A stretch of 64,000 nt of DNA from a virus (taxonomy: Duplodnaviria; Caudoviricetes), in IMG/VR virus record IMGVR_UViG_3300024235_000344, positions 4,982-68,981 of that record. One strand, given 5' to 3'. Positions 1 to 9,408 of the stretch are shown one piece after another; position 1 is the stretch's first letter; each line of letters opens with the position of its first letter. The position numbers and the translations under genes were made by a program. The notes beneath the pieces were generated by a model, which saw only the letters and a program-made list of their open reading frames with translations, did no database searches and was not told the origin of the DNA.

Positions 1-551
1 AATGACATTACATAATCGTTATCTTGATAGAAAAAATGAAATCTTTCATCAAGATAACCTATTTTTTCAAAAACTGATCGTCTGCAGCAAAATATACATC
101 CAAACATATGCAGTGATACTTCATAACCGTAATATAATTTATCATCAGTCGGTAGATACATTTTTTTATGTCTATGCCAGTTTCTATCAATAGGACTAAT
201 TGAATGTATATTTTTATTTATTTTAAATTGCTCAATTAAATTTTGTATACAATTATCATGTATTTGTAAATCATTATTTGGTCCAATTATAAATTCTGCT
301 TTACATTCTTTTAATGCAATATTGAAAAATTTATTATAATTAAATTTAATATCAGGTTTAATTATTTTAACTTTTGGCTGATTATAATCACCATCAAAAT
401 TGGTATTTGTTTCTACTACAAAAATATTGTTAATTATATCATCAGCTGTGTTAATATAAGAGTCTATACAACTTTTTGTTTTATTAAATGTTTCATCATC
501 TTTAACTAAAGATAATATAATTACATCTACTTTACCTGGAATATTTTTCAT
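1..551 (-). CDS. GT2-family glycosyltransferase (3'-truncated by window edge; not in ORF track)
   Basis: Manual translation from ATG at 551: MKNIPGKVDVIILSLVKDDETF...IIGPNNDL...SVFEKIGYLDERFHFFYQDNDYVMS, typical GT2 motifs; open to base 1. Confidence 0.75.
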   Translation of the reverse strand, partial: MKNIPGKVDVIILSLVKDDETFNKTKSCIDSYINTADDIINNIFVVETNTNFDGDYNQPKVKIIKPDIKFNYNKFFNIALKECKAEFIIGPNNDLQIHDNCIQNLIEQFKINKNIHSISPIDRNWHRHKKMYLPTDDKLYYGYEVSLHMFGCIFCCRRSVFEKIGYLDERFHFFYQDNDYVMS

Positions 552-1311
552 ATAATTCTTTCTCAACCTGTTTTATTACATCATACTGATGCAATACATA
601 TGGTATATTGTTATCAATTTTATACACCTCATCGACTTTTTCAACTATAGAGTCTCCTGAATGAGCTGCATTTAATATTTCACCGTTATTTAAAATCCTA
701 TAATTATATTCATCAAAATAAACAACTTTATTAAGCGACGCTTGATCGATATTTTGATAATTACCAACTCTAGATATGATACTACCCATATCTTTACACA
801 TTTCATCAAGTAAATAAATACAATTTTGTCTACTACCTAATACACTACCACCGTTTAATATATCTTTACTTTTTAATAGGTTAAATATATCTTGATTATA
901 ACATATATTCACCCAAGTACTATTTGTTTGACATGTACCAATTACTTTATTTTCACTAGTTACATAAGTTTTATCAGATTTAATTAACTTGAAAACATCT
1001 TTCTGAAAAAACAAATCTGTAAAATCACACATATACAAATTTTTGGATTTGGTATATTTTTTTGCATATAAATTAAAAAATATAACCTTTAATGTATATG
1101 GTGATAAATTTAAATTAACATTATGTTTTTCAGCAATCTCACAACCATCAACAATATTAACATTATTATCTTTTAAATATTTTTTTGTTTCAGATTCTAG
1201 GTTAACTCCAATAACAGTAAAAGTGCAATTTATTTTTTTTGCACTTTGAACTATAACTTTAATACCAGGTGTTAACTTATAATTTTGACCATATGTAACT
1301 ATTTCATTCAT
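532..1311 (-). CDS. Putative GT-A-fold glycosyltransferase
   Basis: DxxD-like 'CDFTDLFFQKD', 'ILNGGSVLG', 'IDQASLN', C-terminal 'VLHQYD'; lies between two GT2 genes. Confidence 0.55.
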   Translation of the reverse strand: MNEIVTYGQNYKLTPGIKVIVQSAKKINCTFTVIGVNLESETKKYLKDNNVNIVDGCEIAEKHNVNLNLSPYTLKVIFFNLYAKKYTKSKNLYMCDFTDLFFQKDVFKLIKSDKTYVTSENKVIGTCQTNSTWVNICYNQDIFNLLKSKDILNGGSVLGSRQNCIYLLDEMCKDMGSIISRVGNYQNIDQASLNKVVYFDEYNYRILNNGEILNAAHSGDSIVEKVDEVYKIDNNIPYVLHQYDVIKQVEKELYEKYSR

Positions 1312-2135
1312 TGCTGTTTTAATTTTTTTAATATTGAAGTTACTTCATCAGATGTAACGTATGGTGGTTGGTTTGGATAATGACCATGCTTTTCTTTATA
1401 AATTTCTCTACCACCGTATACATTTTTTTCCCACTGTTCTGTATCATTTGCAATTGAAGATTTGTCAATTGCTTCTGGAGCTTCAGTAAGGTAAAGATGG
1501 CTGTTATAAATATCAGCAAAATACCAAAAAGGTGGATGTAAACCTGCTTTTATAATTCGATATGTATGGTCAACATGCTCCCAAGCATTATAATAGTCTT
1601 CATCAATATAACCTACATCTTCAATAGTCTTACGAGTAAAAAACGAAAACATTGCAACAGTATGTTGAAATAAAGATATTTTAACTTCATCACCATAATC
1701 AATAATTTTACGCGGTTTTGGTTCAGAATGTTGATCTAATTCATGTCGGTTATGGAGATCAAATTCAATATTTTGTTTACGGTTAAATGGTGAACCTGGC
1801 CCGTAATTAAAGTGATGAATACCGCTTTTTTGATGTGCTTTTATATATTGTTGAAAAACGTTATTATCAAGTATAATCATATCATCTTCAATAATAAAAA
1901 GATAATCACAATCTTTATTATATAGATGTTTCAAAGCAATATTTTTACCTTTAGCTACACCAACCCTCCCGGTAGTTTTTATTTCTTCAATATCACCTAC
2001 ATCTATGTCATCAAAACCATCATTAATAATTATAATTTCATCAATTAACTTGGTGTCTATACTTTTTAAACATTTTTCTAAAAAGTCTGGTCTATCGCAT
2101 GTGATTATACCAACTCCTATTTTTTCCGTTTTCAT
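1308..2135 (-). CDS. GT2-family glycosyltransferase
   Basis: 'IGVGIITCDRPDFLEKCL', 'IIINDG', 'GVAKGKN', 'FIIEDD', 'VGYIDEDY'; start moved to ATG 2135 (MKTEK). Confidence 0.85.
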   Translation of the reverse strand: MKTEKIGVGIITCDRPDFLEKCLKSIDTKLIDEIIIINDGFDDIDVGDIEEIKTTGRVGVAKGKNIALKHLYNKDCDYLFIIEDDMIILDNNVFQQYIKAHQKSGIHHFNYGPGSPFNRKQNIEFDLHNRHELDQHSEPKPRKIIDYGDEVKISLFQHTVAMFSFFTRKTIEDVGYIDEDYYNAWEHVDHTYRIIKAGLHPPFWYFADIYNSHLYLTEAPEAIDKSSIANDTEQWEKNVYGGREIYKEKHGHYPNQPPYVTSDEVTSILKKLKQQ

Positions 2136-2163
2136 TATATATAATTTATAATAAATAATTAAT

Positions 2164-2652
2164 ATGTCAAGCATTAGTATAAAACAGTTACCACGAATTG
2201 AAGAAGTAAATACTGGGGATTTATTTTTAATTCAAACTCCTAGTTCTTCTAATACTTTAGATTTTAAAGATCTTATTATAGGTTTAGAAAACACAACTTT
2301 TGCAAACACAATTTCTACTTTTAATACTAATATAGAAATTTTAAGTGCAGATGTTGGAAGTCTATCTGCAAAAGTAGATCTTAATACTACAAGTATTGCA
2401 ACAAATGCTGCTGATATTGCTGCGAATACAGTTCAAATTGATATTAACACTGCAAATATGGCTGCAAGTGCAGCTGTAATTGATAATAACACTGTAAATA
2501 TTGCAACAAATGCTGCTGATATAGTTACACTGCAAAGTGGAATAATCGACACTTCAAAAACACCAGATAGTGTAATAGGTACATCAACACACGGTATACC
2601 TATTACAATAGCTGGTACGAGTTATTTGATAATGTTATCAGCTATATCTTAA
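2164..2652 (+). CDS. Probable virion fibre/structural protein with trimeric coiled-coil-like repeats
   Basis: N-terminal 'SIKQLPRIEEVNTGDLFLI' typical of phage fibre/baseplate modules; repeated IATNAADI heptads; TAAATA upstream. Confidence 0.5.
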   Translation: MSSISIKQLPRIEEVNTGDLFLIQTPSSSNTLDFKDLIIGLENTTFANTISTFNTNIEILSADVGSLSAKVDLNTTSIATNAADIAANTVQIDINTANMAASAAVIDNNTVNIATNAADIVTLQSGIIDTSKTPDSVIGTSTHGIPITIAGTSYLIMLSAIS

Positions 2653-3410
2653 TCTAAATTATTTAACTTATTAAATTCTTTGATCTGTTCTAACTGCTCT
2701 TTTAAAGCTTTATCATTATCATTTGATTCAGTTTGTTGTTTGAGTAATTCTTCCATTAAATCTAAATTTTCTGGATTAAACAATTCTGATTGATCACCTT
2801 CGATCACATCTCCATCAACATCCAGATATAACTTTATCATTTCTGTTCGTTCATGTCGACTACCAAATACTTCAATTAAAGCAGGTGAGTCGTCTCTTGG
2901 AAAAAATGGATTTTCTTGAGGGTGTTGCTGATATTGAGCTTGTATAGCTTTAAAGATGTGGTCAATTTCTTTAATATAATTAGGATCAGTTTCTCTAACA
3001 CCATCATCTTCAATTTTAATATTATTAAATTTTGTAATTGGTAAAAAGAAGATTATATCTAAATGTTTCATGCTTTCAGATACTAAAGGTATACATTTAG
3101 TAATAAATTCTTCATCTATATCACCGACACCTTTTTCTAGACACCATAGAGAATATACGAGATTATCAATAGGACATCTATCCATAATTACATTATCATC
3201 AGGGCTAAAAGTCTGCATTTCATCAATCATATGATTGAGGATTTTCCATTGAGTATCTTTTGTAGCGTTTTTACTATGTGGTAGTTTCTCAGCTACTAAC
3301 TTAGCTCTATATGTGGAGCTTTCGGTTTTATAATTTGACCATTCCTGTAAGAAGTCATTAATTAGGGTAGTCTTACCTTGATTACCAGTTCCGCTTATTG
3401 CAATTCTCAT
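2649..3410 (-). CDS. P-loop nucleotide kinase-like protein (AAA_28/dNMP-kinase-like)
   Basis: N-terminal Walker A 'GTGNQGKTT' and 'IMDRCPIDNLVY' kinase motif. Confidence 0.7.
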   Translation of the reverse strand: MRIAISGTGNQGKTTLINDFLQEWSNYKTESSTYRAKLVAEKLPHSKNATKDTQWKILNHMIDEMQTFSPDDNVIMDRCPIDNLVYSLWCLEKGVGDIDEEFITKCIPLVSESMKHLDIIFFLPITKFNNIKIEDDGVRETDPNYIKEIDHIFKAIQAQYQQHPQENPFFPRDDSPALIEVFGSRHERTEMIKLYLDVDGDVIEGDQSELFNPENLDLMEELLKQQTESNDNDKALKEQLEQIKEFNKLNNLD

Positions 3411-3432
3411 ATATTTATTTTAATACATAAAT

Positions 3433-3460
3433 TTGACTTTTCAAGTCTATACACTATAAT
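3433..3460 (+). promoter_or_regulatory. sigma70-like promoter TTGACT-N16-TATAAT
   Basis: Direct reading; ATG 9 nt downstream. Confidence 0.65.
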
Positions 3461-3469
3461 TGTTATATA

Positions 3470-4159
3470 ATGGTTATATTTAATGAAAAAAAACACAAGT
3501 ACGTTGATGATGAAACCGGTAAAGAGTTAATCTCAGCTACTACCTTACTCGGTAAATATAAACCTGCGTTCGATTCAATAGGCAATGCTACTCGGGTAGC
3601 AGCTAGAGAAGGTGTAACTGTTGACTTTATACTTGAGGAATGGAATACCGAGAAAAATAGAGCTTGCGATTACGGTACTCATATTCATAAAGTAATGGAA
3701 GATTTTTTAGGTGAGGATAAGCGTGAAGAAGAATATACTACATTATATGACTCATATAATAAGTGGGAGTATATATTTAAAAAGTTTCCGAAGTTAACTT
3801 GCGAAATGAGATTGCATAATATCGAGCTAAATATTGCTGGTACTGCAGATTTAATTTATGAGAATTCAGAATATTTTTATGTAGGTGATTTTAAGACTAA
3901 TAAGAACTTTAGATTCTTTAGTGAATATAACGAGTTTTTTAAAGCTCCTGTCGAGCATTTAGGTGTATGTGAGTTTAATACATACTGCTTACAGCTTTCA
4001 TTATACGCATACCTATATGAGTTAAGTAGTGGTAAGAAGTGTAGCGGGTTAGTTATCTTCTATAAAAATAAAGATGATACTTGGTACCCTATTCGCTTGA
4101 ATTATATGAAGACTGAAATTAAAGCTCTAATTGAAGATTATAATAAAACAAACGTTTAA
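3470..4159 (+). CDS. PD-(D/E)XK exonuclease (Cas4/lambda-exo-like, no evident Fe-S cluster)
   Basis: 'GTHIH', 'IAGTADLI', 'VGDFKT', 'YCLQLSLYAYL'. Confidence 0.8.
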   Translation: MVIFNEKKHKYVDDETGKELISATTLLGKYKPAFDSIGNATRVAAREGVTVDFILEEWNTEKNRACDYGTHIHKVMEDFLGEDKREEEYTTLYDSYNKWEYIFKKFPKLTCEMRLHNIELNIAGTADLIYENSEYFYVGDFKTNKNFRFFSEYNEFFKAPVEHLGVCEFNTYCLQLSLYAYLYELSSGKKCSGLVIFYKNKDDTWYPIRLNYMKTEIKALIEDYNKTNV

Positions 4160-4593
4160 ATCTCATCATCAAGCTCCTCTTCATCAGGAGTCTTTTTATG
4201 CGGCTTTAAGAAAGCTAAATCTTTCTTAGACCACTTACTTAGTGGTAATTTAAATAACTCTCTTTCTGAAACAAATCTAAAGCTTTTATGCTCCGGACTT
4301 AATTTAATATTACTAGTCTTTATATAACCTCTATATAAGACCCGAGAGCTATTAGATGATATTTGATTTATTTTTTTAATATCTATACCAGTTTCTTCAA
4401 AGAACTCTCTCTTTGCCCCATTAATTGGACTTTCACCTCGTTGTATATGACCACCAGGTAATTCAAATTGACCATTTTTCGTTTGAAGCATTAAAAATTT
4501 ATTATTAAAGGTAGAAATAATTTTTGATACCCTGTTTGTATCATTTTTTTTATTCTCAGATATAACTAAACCGGTTAAATTATTTAAAATCAC
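4156..4593 (-). CDS. NUDIX hydrolase
   Basis: Nudix box 'PGGHIQRGESPINGAKREFFEETGI'; GTG start 5 nt after TAAATA. Confidence 0.9.
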   Translation of the reverse strand: MILNNLTGLVISENKKNDTNRVSKIISTFNNKFLMLQTKNGQFELPGGHIQRGESPINGAKREFFEETGIDIKKINQISSNSSRVLYRGYIKTSNIKLSPEHKSFRFVSERELFKLPLSKWSKKDLAFLKPHKKTPDEEELDDEI

Positions 4594-4619
4594 ATAAATA
4601 TTTAATACAATAAAATGAT

Positions 4620-5102
4620 ATGTTTGGACTTATTACAATGTTACTTAGTACTCTTGGCGCAACCGGGATGGGGTCAATGCTTAAAATCGTCGCCGGTATT
4701 GTTGATCGCATCGGTGCTGCAAAAGAATCTAAAGAGAAGCGTGAGATACTCAGAGAAATGGACTTACGTAAAGCTGATGTTGAGTTTCAAAAAGCAGTTT
4801 TTGGTGAAGCTAATAACGATAACAGCGCTTTTACTCGCGGTACACGGCGTCTTATTGCTCTTATCGGGATGCTCAACTTTTTCGTCATCTCAGTTCTCTG
4901 CACCGTCTGGCCGAGTGTTGAACTCCTCACCTTCGTCCCAAGAGAAAATAAAGACTATATCTCCATCCTCTTCGGCTTCATCAAAATACCTTTGGGAACA
5001 GAAACCGTTGTGGCAATTACCACCGGTCACATTGCATTAATAGCTATTACAATGTTAGGCGCTATTATAGGATTCTACTTTACACCTGGTGGTAGAAAGT
5101 AA
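4620..5102 (+). CDS. Holin-like membrane protein
   Basis: N-terminal hydrophobic helix, charged coiled segment, two further hydrophobic segments, basic C-terminus. Confidence 0.5.
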   Translation: MFGLITMLLSTLGATGMGSMLKIVAGIVDRIGAAKESKEKREILREMDLRKADVEFQKAVFGEANNDNSAFTRGTRRLIALIGMLNFFVISVLCTVWPSVELLTFVPRENKDYISILFGFIKIPLGTETVVAITTGHIALIAITMLGAIIGFYFTPGGRK

Positions 5103-5107
5103 AAAAA

Positions 5108-5129
5108 AAACCCGTCAATTGACGGGTTT
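5108..5129. terminator. Bidirectional intrinsic terminator
   Basis: Perfect palindrome AAACCCGTCAATTGACGGGTTT between convergent genes, preceded by an A-run. Confidence 0.8.
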
Positions 5130-5153
5130 GGTTAAACAAAAAAGATGTTAAAT

Positions 5154-5339
5154 TTACTTCTTTGTAGTCTTCTTCTTCTTTAACTTTACTGCTAATTCTT
5201 TAGCTTCTTGTTCAGCTTTTGCTGCAAACTCCAAAGTATCCTTGACGATTTGCTCGGACTTTGCAGTATTATTGCGGAATGTAAGTGCACCAGTAATAAA
5301 ACCAGCAATGAAGATTGATAATGTAACTAGAATATCCAT
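5154..5339 (-). CDS. Small single-pass membrane protein
   Basis: N-terminal hydrophobic helix, lysine-rich tail. Confidence 0.6.
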   Translation of the reverse strand: MDILVTLSIFIAGFITGALTFRNNTAKSEQIVKDTLEFAAKAEQEAKELAVKLKKKKTTKK

Positions 5340-5390
5340 AAGATAATTATTTAATCTAAAATATATACATATTCAACAATAAATAATAAT

Positions 5391-5639
5391 ATGAATAAAT
5401 CAGAATTAAAAAAGCTTTCTAAGATTGAGTTAGAGAAGTTAGGTAGAATAAAAGGTGTTGAATTAGATAGAAGATTTAATAAAAAAACATTAATTGAACA
5501 GTTAACTAGTCTCTTTACAAAAGAGCCTGCAGTTACAACTCCGGTAGAATCAGCAAAACCAGTTAAAGCTGAAACACCTAAGGCTCCGAAGAAACGTAAA
5601 TCATGGAGAGAAATTTACGAATTGCAGTCAAAATCATAA
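5391..5639 (+). CDS. Small basic protein with Rho-N/HeH-like N-terminus
   Basis: 'ELKKLSKIELEKLGRIKGVELDRRFNKKTLIEQL'; TAAATA-N5-ATG. Confidence 0.5.
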   Translation: MNKSELKKLSKIELEKLGRIKGVELDRRFNKKTLIEQLTSLFTKEPAVTTPVESAKPVKAETPKAPKKRKSWREIYELQSKS

Positions 5640-5670
5640 TAATATAAATATTTTTTTATTAAATAATAAT

Positions 5671-6036
5671 ATGAGTATTAAATCTTTCAAAAATCAAGGA
5701 TCATTTACAGGAGTTTTAGACGTTGACACTTTTGGTGTTTCAACTTTTAATAATGGTCTAGACGCTAATCAACAAAAATCAGCTCTATTATTCGACGGTG
5801 ATGCAGATAAAGAAATAGATGTTGAAGTACCTGCATCTGTTGTATTTGATGGAGCAACTTACACTTTTGATATCGATGAAGGTTATGACGGTGAAGTATT
5901 TGCAGTTATTAATAAAGATAGGTTATCAGTTCAATTTACATATGATACAGCTGTTACTATTCAAACACCGACAGCTGCAAGTTATGATAGTGTAAGTCCT
6001 GAAATTCGTAGATTAGCTTCTTTAGGTTACGTTTAA
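5671..6036 (+). CDS. Hypothetical late protein
   Basis: Clean ORF, TAAATA-N5-ATG, followed by terminator. Confidence 0.65.
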   Translation: MSIKSFKNQGSFTGVLDVDTFGVSTFNNGLDANQQKSALLFDGDADKEIDVEVPASVVFDGATYTFDIDEGYDGEVFAVINKDRLSVQFTYDTAVTIQTPTAASYDSVSPEIRRLASLGYV

Positions 6037-6055
6037 ACAACAATTTATAAACATT

Positions 6056-6085
6056 AAAAAGCCGTAATATATTACGGCTTTTTTT
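6056..6085. terminator. Bidirectional intrinsic terminator
   Basis: AAAAAGCCGTAAT-AT-ATTACGGCTTTTT between convergent genes. Confidence 0.85.
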
Positions 6086-6738
6086 TACTTTTTAGATTTC
6101 GTATCCTTAGTCTTCCAATAATATTCATCAGTATCGCCAAGACGGTATTGATAGCCATTCTCAACCTGATAGTATTCTGTACTTACTTTAAAGTCAGGCA
6201 TCTTCGGTTCAGGAGGTGTAAGAGAATTATCATAGACTCTCATCCTATTATTAGGGTACAATGCATACTGACCATTCTCGAGCTCAATACAATTAAATGA
6301 TTTATGTTCTTCCGGAACTTCTGCAGTTGAATAGTCAATATTATCAGGGTCTGAGTGATAATTATCGAGCGTAAACATATACGTACCTTTTAGTACTTCA
6401 TGACTTCGGGTAAAAACTTCAAAGTCCATAGATCCAATAAATTGCTTAAATATTGCCGTAACCCCGTAATCCATGCAATTCCAAAATTGTAAGTCTTGTA
6501 ATGGTAAGTCTGGGGATGGAGTTTCAGGTGATGATACAAACGCTGAAATAGGCAGCTTATCATACAGCGCTCCATACTCTGGTAAATATGTCTCAAAGTA
6601 GAAAGCTCTACCAGGTAATGATTTTGCACTTACCCAATGACCTTCGACAAACTCACCATGACCTTCTTTACCATCATGCAAGTACTCTTTACGTATGTAT
6701 ACTTTTGTACTTGGTATATTGCAAATTAATTCACTCAT
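6085..6738 (-). CDS. Hypothetical protein (resembles conserved unknown proteins of marine phages)
   Basis: 217-aa ORF directly downstream of queE; recognised from memory only. Confidence 0.6.
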   Translation of the reverse strand: MSELICNIPSTKVYIRKEYLHDGKEGHGEFVEGHWVSAKSLPGRAFYFETYLPEYGALYDKLPISAFVSSPETPSPDLPLQDLQFWNCMDYGVTAIFKQFIGSMDFEVFTRSHEVLKGTYMFTLDNYHSDPDNIDYSTAEVPEEHKSFNCIELENGQYALYPNNRMRVYDNSLTPPEPKMPDFKVSTEYYQVENGYQYRLGDTDEYYWKTKDTKSKK

Positions 6739-6741
6739 AAT

Positions 6742-7488
6742 CTAAACCTTAAGTGCCATATTCCAGATTACTAACTGTAATCTCGGACTAAACTTAAAGG
6801 TATGTTTCTTGCACAACTCAGCTACCATTTCAGATTTAGCAGTATGTTCATCACGGCTACCGCAACAAGGCATCAACCATACTCTCTCTCTACTAACTAA
6901 ACCGTTATCGATATATTTCTCGAATAGTTCCTTTTCATCATCTTCACTATTAACGACAAACTTAAAGCATGAACCGAGTTCGTTATGATATTTTAATACT
7001 TCAGGTTTATATCTAAGCTTTTCTGCATCACCGTTATTACTCATCTTAGGAGATACAGTAAATGTTGCGTTATATACTGAAGACCAGTCAGGAAGAGGCA
7101 TTAACGAACCGTTCGTTTCAAAATCAATACGAGGAGAAAATTTAAACCTATCAATAAATGATATCAACCAGCTCATTAACCTCTTTTGCTGGAGCAATGG
7201 TTCTCCACCGGTAATCTTTAGTATAGCACCGTCCTTAAGATTCTGTACAAAACCATTGTTCTCATAGAAATTATTAAGTTCATCGTATGTATAACGATTT
7301 TTAACTGACCAAGATACAAACGAATCACAACCATGAGGTGAATCCGCGGATGCAAACCCTTTACAAGTAAGATTACACATCGATAATCTCATAAATACAG
7401 AAGGTTCCCCTATATATTTACCTTCTCCTTCAATTGTATAAAAAACATGATCATCACTCAAGCTTAGCGTCTTATTTAAATCTACCAT
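6742..7488 (-). CDS. queE: 7-carboxy-7-deazaguanine synthase (radical SAM)
   Basis: 'FYTIEGEGKYIGEPSVFMRLSMCNLTC...CDS', 'ITGGEPLLQ', 'FETNGS', 'FSPRLQ'. Confidence 0.92.
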   Translation of the reverse strand: MVDLNKTLSLSDDHVFYTIEGEGKYIGEPSVFMRLSMCNLTCKGFASADSPHGCDSFVSWSVKNRYTYDELNNFYENNGFVQNLKDGAILKITGGEPLLQQKRLMSWLISFIDRFKFSPRIDFETNGSLMPLPDWSSVYNATFTVSPKMSNNGDAEKLRYKPEVLKYHNELGSCFKFVVNSEDDEKELFEKYIDNGLVSRERVWLMPCCGSRDEHTAKSEMVAELCKKHTFKFSPRLQLVIWNMALKV

Positions 7489-7494
7489 ACACTA

Positions 7495-7510
7495 ATTATA
7501 TTATAGTTCC
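7495..7510 (-). promoter_or_regulatory. GGAAC-N5-TATAAT promoter motif (also has TTGATT-N16)
   Basis: GGAAC TATAA TATAAT, 6 nt before queE ATG. Confidence 0.6.
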
Positions 7511-7586
7511 GGTTCAAATCAAGTTGAATATTATATTTAATTAAAAATACCTGTTTACAAATACATTTTTTTCGGTGTGTAAATTT

Positions 7587-7594
7587 TATAAATA
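7587..7594 (+). promoter_or_regulatory. T4-type late promoter TATAAATA
   Basis: Exact consensus 7 nt before phoH ATG 7602. Confidence 0.65.
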
Positions 7595-7601
7595 TATGTA
7601 T

Positions 7602-8363
7602 ATGGCAACCAAAAAAACTACTCGTAAGAGTACTAAAACCGTAAAGAAACAACCCATAACACAAACAGATTTAAATTTTGAAATACCAAAAGATGGTTGG
7701 GATTTAGATTTTAAAATAAAGCAGGAGTATGATTTAACTCCGAGACAGCAGGAGTTTTTAAATACTACGCTGCAACAAACAAATAAAATGTGTATTGTTG
7801 ATGGACCTGCAGGTACAGCAAAGACTTACCTGGCTGTTCTTGCTGCTTTAAAGCTTTTAAATACAAGAAGTGTTGATAATATCATATATATTAGATCAAT
7901 CGTTGAGAGTGCTTCTAGAAGTATGGGAGCTTTACCTGGTGAATTAGAAGATAAGTTTGCACCATGGTCAATGCCTCTTATTGATAAATTGGAAGAGGTA
8001 TTAGTTGGTAATACTGGTAATAACTTGTTATCTAAAGGTTATATTAAGTGTATACCAGTTAACTTTACTAGAGGTTTAACGTTTAAAAACGCATGTGTCA
8101 TAATTGATGAAGCGCAAAACATGACTAACTCGGAATTAACTACTATATTAACACGTTTTGGTGTAGATAGTAAGTATATTGTTGTTGGTGATACCTTTCA
8201 AGCTGATATCGGCGAAAAGAGTGGGTTTAAAGGTATATATAAAGCTTTTGATGACCCAGTATGCACCGATGAAGGTATTAATACCTTTAAATTCGATGGA
8301 GATGATATAGTTCGAAGTGAAATCTTAAAGTTTATCGTCGAAAGACTCAGCACTGTTAAGTAA
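7602..8363 (+). CDS. phoH: PhoH-like ATPase
   Basis: 'GPAGTAKTYLA', 'GALPGELEDKF', 'RGLTF', 'IIDEAQNMT', 'GDTFQAD', 'DIVRS'; start set to ATG 7602. Confidence 0.93.
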   Translation: MATKKTTRKSTKTVKKQPITQTDLNFEIPKDGWDLDFKIKQEYDLTPRQQEFLNTTLQQTNKMCIVDGPAGTAKTYLAVLAALKLLNTRSVDNIIYIRSIVESASRSMGALPGELEDKFAPWSMPLIDKLEEVLVGNTGNNLLSKGYIKCIPVNFTRGLTFKNACVIIDEAQNMTNSELTTILTRFGVDSKYIVVGDTFQADIGEKSGFKGIYKAFDDPVCTDEGINTFKFDGDDIVRSEILKFIVERLSTVK

Positions 8364-8597
8364 TTCTTTCATCGCTTGCTCTAACCCGACTGGTTGTACG
8401 TTGATGACTGGTTGAGCATCTTGCTGATCAGTAGGTTTATCTGGTGTAACTGCTTGCTGCATTTGAGCAAAGACATTATTTTCTAATTCTACAGATTTAG
8501 GATCTCTTTCACGTGCCGATGGCATGCTACCAGCCATGCCATACATTCCTATTGAAGTCTTTTGAACGTTGTTAGAATATATATCTCCTAAACCCAT
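8325..8597 (-). CDS. Hypothetical protein
   Basis: 90-aa ORF starting right after the queD stop. Confidence 0.55.
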   Translation of the reverse strand: MGLGDIYSNNVQKTSIGMYGMAGSMPSARERDPKSVELENNVFAQMQQAVTPDKPTDQQDAQPVINVQPVGLEQAMKELLNSAESFDDKL

Positions 8598-8599
8598 TA

Positions 8600-9295
8600 T
8601 TACTTATTACCCCATGAAGTACCTGCAAATGGGTCACCAAAACCTGTACTTCTCTTATTATATAGACCAGGAGCGTTAGGTTGTTCTTGTACAACTGGCT
8701 TAACTTCTTCTTTAACTTCAATAATAGGTGTCTTAACCTCTGGCACTTCAGTAATATTATTTCCAATCACTGCAGTGTTTGTAGTGATTTCTGATTCCGG
8801 TTCAGTTACATTTTCTTCCTCTGTATTACTATGAACCTGTAATGTGATCTCACCGAGACTTTCTTCATATATAGCACTATTACCTTCATGCTCCCATACT
8901 TCTACTTTAATAAGACGTACGCGACTATTAGTTGTCTCATCTACATATTTACTAACTGTATCATAAACCCATTCAGCTGTTCTTTCAATACCAACACCTT
9001 TCTTAGCAATACGAAGATCAATCATACCTTTTGTAGACATTAACTCAAACATACTCAATTCAGGATCATCAGCTGCTACTACAGTTGTATGGTCAAATTG
9101 CTTCTCTAATAATTTCTTAATCTCTCTACAACCACCAAAATCAAATACCCAATTTTTATCATCTAGTTCGTCAGCTGTAAACCATAACTTACATTGTAAA
9201 CGATAACCGTGAATTAACTTACAATGACTATCTGCTCTCCATTGACGAAAAGCGGTTGATCCCATAGGAATAATTTTAGTTGATACATATCTCAT
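8600..9295 (-). CDS. queD: 6-carboxytetrahydropterin synthase with ~85-aa C-terminal extension
   Basis: 'STAFRQWRADSHCKLIHGY', 'WVFDFG', 'FDHT', 'VEVWEHEGNSA'. Confidence 0.88.
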   Translation of the reverse strand: MRYVSTKIIPMGSTAFRQWRADSHCKLIHGYRLQCKLWFTADELDDKNWVFDFGGCREIKKLLEKQFDHTTVVAADDPELSMFELMSTKGMIDLRIAKKGVGIERTAEWVYDTVSKYVDETTNSRVRLIKVEVWEHEGNSAIYEESLGEITLQVHSNTEEENVTEPESEITTNTAVIGNNITEVPEVKTPIIEVKEEVKPVVQEQPNAPGLYNKRSTGFGDPFAGTSWGNK

Positions 9296-9301
9296 ATATA
9301 T

Positions 9302-9329
9302 ATTATGAAGTATATATTGTAGTATTCAA
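9302..9329 (-). promoter_or_regulatory. sigma70-like promoter TTGAAT-N16-CATAAT
   Basis: Direct reading; 6 nt before queD ATG. Confidence 0.55.
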
Positions 9330-9408
9330 CTATTAAATTATTTTTTTAAAAAAGTGGATTAATATTTCTAATGATTTATAATACCTTTAGGTGGAAGGGA
9401 GGAGAATA

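Noticed and set aside
2-193. Plus-strand 63-aa ORF in the track
   Set aside because: Antisense shadow of the GT2 gene at 1..551 (-)
3470-4159. Cas4 / CRISPR system
   Set aside because: No repeat-spacer array or other cas genes seen; the protein lacks the four-Cys cluster, so it is treated as a generic PD-(D/E)XK exonuclease
4615-5040. Plus-strand 141-aa ORF
   Set aside because: Alternative frame over the holin-like gene; no motif support
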